Positions 38,801-50,800 of a stretch of DNA of 64,000 nt are shown here, piece by piece (within the stretch, counting starts at the first letter, position 1; each line of letters opens with the position of its first letter). A program made the translations under genes and the position numbers. The notes under the pieces were generated by a model, which was given only the letters and a program-made list of their open reading frames with translations, had not been told where the DNA came from and made no database searches. The stretch is from Lineus longissimus. Taxonomy: Eukaryota. The stretch lies in NCBI RefSeq assembly GCF_910592395.1, contig NC_088308.1, positions 248,001-312,000 on the forward strand. Reading direction: 5' to 3'.

Positions 38801-41800
38801 GAAACAACCACAGATGTTACACCGGTCGTGCGGAGACGCACGCCACTGCCGTACCGGTACCTGAGAAAACTTGCCGTTTTAGGCAGATTTGCGATGATTG
38901 AAACAATACATCTACCTCATAGTTCATGTATTCTCATCTAACAAACCCAGTGGAGACAGAGCCTGAACTAACATGCAGCGATCGGGAAAACTTATACCAA
39001 CTTACACCAATTGTATACAGATAGCGCTCGAGCGTGTGACTACTGACTATTGGAGTTGAATGGCGTTAGAAGTACCAACAGTAAATGTACATCAACGACC
39101 GGCGTACCCCTTTAACCATCCAGGCACCAGTGGTTTTCAATATCCTCCGCCTCTCAATATGATGAAGGAGTATAAAAAGCCTCAAGCTCAGGACACCCTT
39201 TGACTAATTCTGATTGAAAAAGTCACCAGTGTCCGACACTAATACTTTTTTGCCCCAATGTATCCTCGAAAATACAAGATGCCGATTCGAACCATCCTCG
39301 GTAGTACTCGAACGCCCGGAATCAGTATGTGCTGCAGTTTGAAAAGGTTGGGTGCGGGGTATGATAGTGATAATAATGAAAATTTTGACATCTGCACATG
39401 GATAATTAGATAACAAGATGAAAAAGAAGAAAAAAAAAAGAAAAAAAAAGTGCGCCAGATTCACCGGGGGTCGAACCCGTGACCAGCCGCTCCACAGTCA
39501 AACACATTTAGCTCTGAACCGTCAGGCTTTCGTTTTGAAATGGAGATTTTATCCGCCTCTTATATGCTGTATGCAAACGAGCGCGCCGTAATTGTGACAA
39601 GGTCGCGCAGGTGGCAGAGTGATTTGCCCAAATAGTTCCAAGTAATCGTATATTTCCATAGTTGTACAGATTTTTCTCAACATATCGTATTTATATACCT
39701 CAGTGATATAAAAGATTATCTTTACAGTTGATTTTACGTTTGAATGGCCTTTTTTCAAAGTTTTTAAAAATCGAGGTCAGCAGGGTCAGAGTCAATCTGT
39801 GAATTGTTTTGAAAGATTTTGGGCAGGGTCAAAAGAAATAGTTGTTGGCGCCGATGATGTTAACAATATGACCAATTTCCGCCCCACCCGTGAGATTTGT
39901 TCTCGTCACGTCATGAGCACATTGAACTGCTAGTGAACCGTAATCGCAGTGAATATGTACTGGCTACCGCTCTCTCCATCATCACCGACGATATGTGCCG
40001 GTGCCGGTGTAATGTTTTTGAGTGTTTCTGTTTTTGAGTGTTTCCCCTCATTGTTTGGGAACGCTCAAAAATAGATTGACAAGTTTTTCTGTGTATCCCC
40101 CCTATTGAAAAGTCGTGGTCTCTCTAGCTGCCTATTGTTTGGAAACACTGACACATGGGAAACAACCACAGATGTTACACCGGTCGTGCGGAGACGCACG
40201 CCACTGCCGTACCGGTACCTGAGAAAACTTGCCGTTTTAGGCAGATTTGCGATGATTGAAACAATACATCTACCTCATAGTTCATGTATTCTCATCTAAC
40301 AAACCCAGTGGAGACAGAGCCTGAACTAACATGCAGCGATCGGGAAAACTTATACCAACTTACACCAATTGTATACAGATAGCGCTCGAGCGTGTGACTA
40401 CTGACTATTGGAGTTGAATGGCGTTAGAAGTACCAACAGTAAATGTACATCAACGACCGGCGTACCCCTTTAACCATCCAGGCACCAGTGGTTTTCAATA
40501 TCCTCCGCCTCTCAATATGATGAAGGAGTATAAAAAGCCTCAAGCTCAGGACACCCTTTGACTAATTCTGATTGAAAAAGTCACCAGTGTCCGACACTAA
40601 TACTTTTTTGCCCCAATGTATCCTCGAAAATACAAGATGCCGATTCGAACCATCCTCGGTAGTACTCGAACGCCCGGAATCAGTATGTGCTGCAGTTTGA
40701 AAAGGTTGGGTGCGGGGTATGATAGTGATAATAATGAAAATTTTGACATCTGCACATGGATAATTAGATAACAAGATGAAAAAGAAGAAAAAAAAAAGAA
40801 AAAAAAAAGTGCGCCAGATTCACCGGGGGTCGAACCCGTGACCAGCCGCTCCACAGTCAAACACATTTAGCGCTGAACCGTCAGGCTTTCGTTTTGAAAT
40901 GGAGATTTTATCCGCCTCTTATATGCTGTATGCAAACGAGCGCGCCGTAATTGTGACAAGGTCGCGCAGGTGGCAGAGTGATTTGCCCAAATAGTTCCAA
41001 GTAATCGTATATTTCCATAGTTGTACAGATTTTTCTCAACATATCGTATTTATATACCTCAGTGATATAAAAGATTATCTTTACAGTTGATTTTACGTTT
41101 GAATGGCCTTTTTTTAAAGTTTTTAAAAATCGAGGTCAGCAGGGTCAGAGTCAATCTGTGAATTGTTTTGAAAGATTTTGGGCAGGGTCAAAAGAAATAG
41201 TTGTTGGCGCCGATGATGTTAACAATATGGCCAATTTCCGCCCCACCCGTGAGATTTGTTCTCGTCACGTCATGAGCACATTGAACTGCTATAGACAAGT
41301 TCTATTAGATTATAAACTCCACGTGGAAAGTACCTTATACTCTATCACTTTCTTGCATTTGATCTTACTGGTCAATATGAATGTGCACGTTTAGTTTGAA
41401 CTACCAGGACGTATAAAAAACACTACAAGAAAGTTCTCCAAATCTCACATCAAAGGTGGCTCTTAATTAAGAATCGTACTCACCATGGCAGCGTTTCTTT
41501 CCTATCAAGTAGAATTGTAGAAAGATCAATACTCTGAGACTTACTATGAGTTTCATTCAGAAACATATCGCGGTATTGATTGCCCTGTCGAGTGCTTCGC
41601 AAAGTCCATTCACTACCAAATCGTCATGTAATCGTAATATCAAAAGTTCATATCAAAAATATTCTATCTCTTACTGTTCAGTGATCTGTAGGTAATGTTT
41701 TTTTTCTTGATACGCTGAGTAGAATGGTAGGACGTCTTTTTACTTAAAGTTCGACTCTGGAGAACGCACACAAATATTACATTTGTTTCAAGGATATAAA

Positions 41801-44800
41801 GTTGTCAAATAGTCGTCATTGCATTTCCTTCTTACCCGAGCAGAACGTGAATTGTTTCTTCGTCATTGACTTCATACCGACCAATTTTGACCGTTTCGGA
41901 ACCGATAGATGACAGAGGCCCGCCATCATGGTCCATTTGCTGCAATGGCCCGTTGTACACAGAGCTTGGCATGCTGCCGCTGTAGTAGTCTTCTTCGATT
42001 CCAACACATGGTACTTTTTACCGGCCTGATGACCTGTGAAAATAAGAAAGCATTCTTATAGCTTTGATAGGGTAATGAAGCAAAGATTTCAAGATGAAAC
42101 GGTTGGTCATAAGGGCGTTATCTTCTATTATTTTGTCTTGTAGTCACTTGACTATTTAGTGTTTAGTAAAGTCAATCTATGGAAAAAGTTCTCAACCTGA
42201 TCCAATTTCATCTCGACGTTTATTGAACCTTTGACTAAGGAGAACTCGTACTGAAGGTCGGACAAAAGTGACAAAATGATATATCAACAATACTCACAAT
42301 GCGTGAGACCACCTTTCCTTTTGGCCAATCCGCCTTTTTTTCTTGCTCGTCCCGCAGCTTTACCTGTGTCACAAAAGGAAAATGTGTTATCATTAGCAGA
42401 TTCTGCCTTCAACTTGACATACCGTGTTCCCTGTATGTAATTTTATTTGTGCAAGTGCAAAAACTGCTTGTGGTTGAACCTTTTAGTGCACATCTAAGGC
42501 AATGATTGTTTGTGCCAGGCTAACCTGTGTTGATTAAAAGGAACAGACTTGGGTCCCAACGACCAGACTTGTCACAGCCAGACTTTAGTCTAGATATAAC
42601 GATTGTCTTGAAAGGTGTTGCCCTTGGAAAAAAAGCCTACATCATTGTGGCTGATCTGCATCTTTACCTTGACATGGCTTGTGACTGCATGGCTTGAAAG
42701 TCTTATCAGTTGGCTTGGCAACATCCTTACTCCCCTTCTTCTGGCAAACTCTAATGGTGCAAAGTTTCTTGGCTTTGATGTAGTACACTCCGGAGCATTT
42801 CGGGGTCTTCCAGCATGCAAATTTGCAATCTTTATCATTAGGAATGGTCTTGTGAAACACACGCTCCTTGCCTTAATCAAGAAAACACGAAGTTCTTTCA
42901 TCACAGGGAGAAAGTATTTTGAAACTCACTTATTTCTTACCCAAATGACTTCCTCAGTGTACTGACTGTTTAATGCATTCAAAACTTCATCCCGACAGCA
43001 ACCAACATGTGGGTTTCCATGCAAAATGCACATCACTGACATGTCAGACAACATGCATCATTGATGACGTAACTACGATATGATTTGACTTGTGACTCCT
43101 AGCTGCGTTTTCACAATATGTGTGGTAGAGTTTCCTATTCTGTCATCTCAGATTTTTTCCTTTGTTTTGTATGGATGAAAAGGACCTCAAGATTCATCTG
43201 AGGAAGGTACAAAAAGATGAGGCTAATGAGGTCATCCATTCATTGTTTAATGTTTCATTCGTGCAGATTGTTGCCTCAAAAAGGCTCCTCCTTCCCGGAG
43301 CCTAAAAAGCTATCTGTTGGCTTGTTTTCAAACAGATTAACTTTTATTGCATTAAGGTTTACTTACCACGACAGTGGGCTATATGTCCTAAAATACAGAA
43401 TTAAACCGTTTTGACATGGTATATTTGTATTAAACATTACATTATACATAAACATTATTCGAAGTTTCATTTCGCTTCCAATCAATGAAAATTGGCAAAC
43501 CATAAAGAAAATGAACGACTTTTGCGGGAACTTACGTAGGTTCTAGTATTTCACAACCAACCGAAATTGTAGGTTTTCTCTTACGACTGGGATTGATGAT
43601 TTGAAATGCACTACACAGTATCTAATTTTATAAACTGTTCTGTTTTTTTAATGACCCTCCCCACCTACACCCACACTCTTAAGATAGTGCTTGTGGTACA
43701 ATAAAACCTCTTACCTTTGCAAAATATGAACTGCTTGCTGGTCATTGTCTTCATGCCGATCATCTTTGAAGAACGTAGGACGCTGATATGACAGAGGCCG
43801 GCCATCATGGTCCACCTAATGCAATGGCCCTTGATGCACAAAGCTTTGCAGGCCGGGGTCGTCGTTGTCTTCGTCGATTCCAACACCTTCATATACTTGC
43901 TGACATGACCTTTTGAAAAAAGCAGGGTTTCAGTCTTGTGCAACTTCGTTGTGGACTTAAGCTGGGCCAGTGCACGTTTAGATTATGTTTTATTAATGAC
44001 GAGTCCATGAAAACACGAACAGGTCTCTTGCATTGATATTAGGGTCATGTCAACCATGTGAGATTATCTGGAACCTCTCCGAGCATCTGTCACCTCGCCA
44101 CCAACTACCTCTCCGAGCATCTGTCACCTCTCCGAGCATCTGTCACCTCTCCGAGCATCTGTCACCTCTCCGAGTAACTGTCACCTCTCCGAGCAATGGC
44201 CAACTACCTCTCCGAGCATCTGTCACCTCTCCGAGCAATGGCCAACTACCTCTCCGAGCAAATTCAGCCTCGGACTGTAACCAAAGTCGTCATGTTGGCC
44301 GTTCATTCAACTTGTTGCTTCCTCAATGTGGCAATTAAGGCTATGTCAGGACAACCAAGGAGCCGTGATCAGACTCTCGAACTGATGTTGCATTTCGGGC
44401 TTCAGTGTTTGAGTGTTCTCCACGTACGCGCAACCGTGGCATCAGGGATGCAACCTAAACGTAGCTCTTTGGGTGGTTTTCAGTTTGAGGCTTGATTTGA
44501 GAGGTGAGGTGGTTGGCCTTGCCTCGGAGATGTGGGGGATGCTCCGCAGGGTAATGTCTAGAGTTGTAAAATACATCTACAGTGAACATCGTGATAGACG
44601 CTGTCATTCCATCTTGATTGCTCGAGAAGTATAGGTATGATATGGTTTCGGGCACCAGAGGATGATGCCAGGGTCTGGGTTCAGGATCATTGCAATAAAG
44701 AACCATGATGACAGATATGATAAAGGAACGGATAGTGGAACCCCGGTAACAAGTGACAAAAATATTTGGACTTAGTAATTTTTTTCATCCTTCAGAGTTG

Positions 44801-47800
44801 AATTTTTTCATAAGTTCGAAATTCTGAAAGTTTTCAAAGTCAACATATTTTTGGTGCTGATGATTGATGTTTCTTCATTTTGAGCAGAAAAAAATCAAGT
44901 GAAAAAAATATTTGGACTCAAAATTTTTTTTCATTCGAGACCGGTGGTCACGTTACCGGGGTTGTCGCCGACCGGGGTTCCACTGTATTATGGTCAGCGT
45001 GTACTAACAATTGAGCCGCCTGAAATCCTTGGGCATCTTTGACTTTGACTTCTTGGCAGATTTCTTCGTTGGTGCTTTAGCCCTGCCTATGAAAATGAAG
45101 TTGAAAATTATGGAATTGTATGAGGAAAAACAAAAAAGGGCAAAACTCCAATTTGCTTAATCAGGCAGCTGTGGTTAACAGTTGGGTATCTCAGCATCAT
45201 AGGATATCCCTACTGAAAAAGACCCCCTACGGTTCTCAGAGCAGCCTGCTGTAACTTGGAAGTTCATCCCAATGGATAATGAATGGTCTCTGAGAGTCTG
45301 GAGCTACCATGGGTTTAAGAGAGCCCGTCATTAAAACGGCTAGTTTCTCAAAATGAGCTGTCACTGCATTTCATACCAGTTATGCCAGACTCGTGAGGAA
45401 ATGCGTCCAGACAATATGATGATTCAGTTGCTTTCCTACCTTGGCATGGCTTGTGACTGCAGGGCTTGAAAGTCTTATCCGCTGGCTTTGCAACAGTCTT
45501 ACTGCCCTTCTTCTGGCAAATTCTGATGGTACACACCTTCTTGGCTCTCAGATAGTACAGCCCAGAGCAGGTCGGCGTCTTTAAGCATGCCTTCTTACAA
45601 TCCTGCCACTTTGGCAAAGACTTGTGATAAACGCTCTCGGTGCCTGCGCAAAATAATAAAAAAACAGACAATAACAGTTTGTTTTGTTCGGGTCGACACA
45701 CGAACGCGGGAAGAGGCAAGTGACTGTCTTACAGATAATGAGTCGGCATTAAAAACAAAATGTTTCCGAAGTTTCGCACTTCGACGTGGACTGACTGTTG
45801 TAAATCAATCTCAATTACGTCGAAATACGATAGGCCCAAGAGATATATTGCTAAGCGTAATGTGAACCAATATTTGTAACTAAGAGATAATGATATAGAA
45901 GTCGCCCTGCGACAAATCTTGTTAAAAGAACGGGTGTCTGGATGAAGACTGCCTCCTTTCTGACCTCTCCCTTCAACCAATGAGTACTTTTCTTATTTGT
46001 TTTTGTGTCGTTCGCATGAACTACTCATTCAGGTAACTCTCATTCTAGGTTTTAAAAACATTGACAACCAGGACTGTTTCAAATGAGTTCTGACAACATG
46101 GCTTCTTGAAGTGATCTTTTGCTTTGACGCCAGAGACTCGAACACCAAGTAAAAGTGTGATGGAAGTCGAACTACTGTCGACAATCTAGTCCTTTTTAAA
46201 AGGGATTACGACTCTATCTAAATGCACGTTTTTGTCAAACGCTCGGTTCCGAAAATGTGTCTGCGAATACAGCTTACCTCCTTTACACCCCCTCATGCTT
46301 CCTGCCAGATGAAAAAAAATCATATTCAGAATAATCTTGTTATTGATATTATCACTTCAGTTATTGCCAACACACTAATGAGATATTAGATAAGTGAATG
46401 GTGCATGTTCTATACCTGCTGTCCGTACTCTTGTTTCGATATCTTCTATAATCTCGGTGTGGCTACTTTAAGTGGCACATTGCTTTTGTATCACTGATGG
46501 GTGTCAAATACCATTACTGCCCTCAATGTCTCTGGCATGCAATACATACATTGATATATTTCGCAAAAAAGGACACTGTCTATTAATTCTTACCAAAACA
46601 GAAAGTAAATGCTTTCTTGCTCATGGCGTGCATGCCCTTTACGTGGGCATGTTTTGATTTCGCTGGAACTGTCAAGTGACACAGTCCGGCGATCATCGTC
46701 CATCTCCAGCAATGTTTCTTATCTGTGCACCTGGCCTGACACGCTGCGCTGGTCGTGGTCTTTGATGATTCGAGTATGTGAAACCCTCTGGTAAAACCTA
46801 TTAAGTAATATCACAATACTTGCACGATATCCTATTATTAGAAAATTGACATTCAGATCGAAAATGTATGCTCATTTCTACGTGATGATATAGAATATAT
46901 GTTTCCAGCACCTGAAATGAGAGATGATATCGATACACCAGTTCCCTCTGGTTGTAAAGTTGATTGTCAAGACCGTTTCTATAGACAAGATTGAGCAAAC
47001 TTACATGTTGCTGGTTTCTTCCCTTTTAAACCTGTAAGAAAGTTTTGTTTTTGTCAGTTGCTCGGTATAACTTAGTTTTACAAATCTGGCTTCAGTCAAT
47101 AGTCAGACTTGAAGAGAACCAACCACTATCAAAAGACATTGTCCACGTAATATACAACCTCTTGCGTTCAGGTGTCAGTCTAGGCATGTTATGAGTGGGT
47201 GAAGCGTCGTTCATGTTATGAGTGGGTGAAGCGTCGTTCATGTTATGAGTGGGTGAAGCGTCGGTCATGTTATGAGTGGGTGAAGCGTCGGTCATGTTAT
47301 GAGTGGGTGAAGCGTCGGTCATGTTATGAGTGGGTGAAGCGTCGGTCATGTTATGAGTGGGTGAAGCGTCGGTCATGTTATGAGTGGGTGAAGCGTCGGT
47401 CATGTTATGAGTGGGTGAAGCGTCGGTCATGTTATGAGTGGGTGAAGCGAAGGACGTTCTTGCTTTCTTAAGAAGGGAATGACTCCTTCCCTGTTTAACG
47501 AGGCAAATGAAAGCTTGCTTACCACTGCAAGTCTTGTAACCACACAACTTGAAGGATTTATCGTGTGGGGTTGTTGGAGTCCAGTGGTCATCGTTCTCCC
47601 TACAGAGTAGTAAGCTACAATGCTTCCCAGCATTGATGTAAATCATCGACACACAGAGTGCTGTTTTGGCACAGGCCAACTCGCATTCAGCTTCGCTTTT
47701 GACTTTCTTCTCGTAAACGCTTTTTTTACTCTTTTCTGTTAAGAAATAATGCACGCAATGATATTATCTTAAACGCTGCATATGCTTTAACAAACATGGG

Positions 47801-50800
47801 AATGTGTTATTTTGGTATCACGCTAAGGGTAACTAAGACTACCAAAATATTCGCCGTTTTTACCACCAGTTCATCAAAGTCTTTGTGTGCCTTAACCTTG
47901 CCTTAATGGCCAGTACACCCATGGTCAGTATATGGCCGACACAGGTCCGTTTTCTAAAAAGATGGACCCATTTCTTCGTTTAATCTGCATATCTATACTG
48001 CCTTGTTTGTATAGTAGCAACGAATGGCTCGGACGATTTCAACTGTATGGATTCAGTTATGCTGATCGACATATTGGCAGAGAACAGGCTCCCTGCTTTT
48101 GTTCTAGGTTGGAGAAGTGGTCCAACAATACCATTATCATACCTCTATATCACAGCGTCAGTTTAATTCTTTACTTACTTTTGTATTCGCATTTATGGAC
48201 ATTACCTGAAAAACGGATGCACAGATTGTTACTGAAATACGAATGTTGACCAGTAAGCATCAGAGAACTTAACACCGACCTGAAGCAACATCTTGGTTTA
48301 ATTGTAATCATTGCATATCTCTGTGTTATTTTCTTTTCAAACAACACTCCTACGGCACCCATGTGTCATCACATAAACTCGTGATTGAAGTTTGCTAAAA
48401 AATGACTTGATTGACGGATTAAAAGCAATCGTTCTGGTTCTTTAGAGTCTCCATTTTCGCGACACATTGGTCACGAGGACTGCATGTTTGACTCATGAGA
48501 CTCATGCTACAGAAAATTATTAATACATCCATACCCTGCCAGTGGATAGGGGTCGCTGCGTTTAGGAATTAGGTTACTTACGCTTTTTTGGTCTGCAGTA
48601 ACTAAAATGAAGTTCGTCCACCAATTTAAAACCTTTAAGTGTTTTCGCCCTTGTTGAAACAATCATCGTGCATTCTTTGTTGACCATGGTCCACGAATAG
48701 CACTGTACGTGTGTGCAGGCTCTCTGGCACGCTTTGGGTGTTTTTTTTGCCGATTTATGCAAAACGTATCCCCTAGTTTCGTAACCTGTTGTGAGTAAAG
48801 CAGTAAACGTATGACATATATCATCAATTGTCTGGCGGAGAGGACAGTAATGCTGTGACCAGCTAACCTAACCCTACATGAAGTCAACTTTTTGACCCAT
48901 CGCGTTTAAAGAGACTCCTGTTTGTGATGCAGAGGAATGAAAACAAAAGCAGTATGATCATGGCAGTGTAAATATGGTGCCTTGTACAGCATTTTAAATG
49001 GTATTTGAATCTTCTGTTATGTTGCTACACATGGGTTTATAATAATGTTCCACAGGTCAATATGTCATTGCATTGGGATGCCTGGCTGCTACATGCAGCG
49101 GCAGTGTTATACTTGTCGCACAGAAAAAAACCAGGTATACTTTCGCGAACGGCGCCAGCTTTTAAGGAAATAATGTTCGCTTACAAAAACTTTAGATGCT
49201 CAATCAACAAACTTAATCTTTTATGAAGCAACTGATCAATGTACAAGTTCATCGTAGAAAATCATTCTGGTCTGACTTACATCTCACTTTTCCAGTAACA
49301 GAATTCTTCATCCAACCTAACGTATGAAATCAAGAAGAAAATATGCACGGTTAGATAAACGCTGAAAGTTTTGAGTACTGGTAACCGCCATAACTAAATA
49401 TGACTGATAGAATCAGACGATTATAGCTCTTTTAGTGTTTTTCAAAATGTTATTGTCGATTTCTTCAAATGGACGATCTCAACTACTCTCATAAAAAAAC
49501 CTGTGCGTGGATAATTGGCTCTTCACAAATAAGTACAAAATTTCAAAAGAGAAATGTTTTTACCGTGACAAGGCTTGTGACTACAAGGTTGAAACTTCTT
49601 GTCGGACGGTACACCATCATTCTTATGCGCATGCGCCCTAAGCTGGCATAAGCGTAGAGTACAAAGCTTGCTTGCATGCAAGTAGTACATCCCGGAGCAG
49701 TATGCAGAGTCTTTACACGCGTCCTGACAGTCATCAGCACTCGGCATGGTCTTGTGATACACACTTTCCTTGCCTATAATGAAAAAATAATTGTCGAAAT
49801 AGGTAGTCACGTCATTCTAAATCCCGGTGGTGAAATCTGGCATGACTGTTGCCAAGAATGAATATCGGCTAGTCTTATTTGATTCTTAATTCTGCTGATA
49901 CATAGATTATAAAAACTCAAAATAGATACTGTCTGGCTGGAACTAACACAGAGTACAGAATATCTGCCGAAGATGTCATCCCTATGATCAATACACATGG
50001 CACATGGATTGTGCAAAAATCAACCAATATCTGGGTAACTAGAGTGTCCGCTTCGGAGTCCCGGTGTAGAAGTTTAAAATGTCCTGGGATAGAATGTCCG
50101 GGAAACAATGGATTCTATTATGCGCTTTAATCTCTGAGCTATTGGCGGTCATGGCCTCTATAGAACCAGATAGCGGAATACAATAGGGCCGGACACTTTT
50201 TCCAGGGGGACATTTTCTTCTTTTACACCGACACTCCTCATCCGACACTTCTTCAATGATTATAACAACGCTGGCTGCTCAAGAGTGGTATGGAAGCAAT
50301 GATATATCAGCAACACGATCCCGTCTCCATCTTAAACCAGTTATCTCACTGTGTCTTGATCGTGTACTCGTTTCGAGCAAGGTTTGGCAAAATAAGTTGT
50401 ATCTTTATGTTCAACTCGTCAGCTTAGTTCTGATGCTTTTAAGGCGTCGATGTTGACAAAATCTTTCATCGGTCCTCTTGTTAATCTGATACTTACCGAT
50501 TGACCAGGAACAGTAGATGTTTCCTGTCGGGAAATAAGGGTGAAATAAGTTCCTTTTGGATCATCAGACAGAATTTAAGTGCCGATTATAGTTCCAAATT
50601 GAAATTTAGGAGCGTTTGTTTTACAAGTGCGCCTCTGTGTTCTGTCTCGTCAAAGATTTACAGACCAGCCGATTAGATATGACTTTCGTCAAGCAGTTGT
50701 TCAGGGACGTTTGGTTGGGCGTTTCTTCTCCTAACCCTTCCCAAGCCGCTGTTGCTAGGGTTCTTCTGGCTCTAAGTGAGACTTAATACATTGAATGTAC

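Larger units (their letters stand above)
25152..42780. repeat. Tandem segmental duplication of a ~1.64-kb four-exon cassette (4 near-identical copies; the fourth is split by the 11-kb array)
   Basis: B-exon starts at 25152, 26787, 28426, 30064 and 42668. Spacings are 1635, 1639, 1638 and 12604 (= 1636 + 10968-bp insertion). Introns are near-identical between copies. Confidence 0.92.

Noticed and set aside
30746..40866. Recurrent 64-100-aa ORFs in the 1.36-kb array (MKSRGLSS..., MCLTVERL..., MKKGHSNV...)
   Set aside because: Mostly non-ATG starts, frames that change with poly-A length between units, and no recognisable domain; they recur only because the DNA is repeated.
47092..47754. 220-aa ORF with ASPTHNMTD repeats
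   Set aside because: Read-through of B exon 47523-47735 past a canonical GTAAG donor into a 27-bp intronic minisatellite.
50039..50248. Cys/Lys-containing ORF (EECRCKRRKCPPGK) as an extra exon of the PAN-repeat gene
   Set aside because: It does not fit the A/B module pattern, and the flanking exons already join in frame without it.
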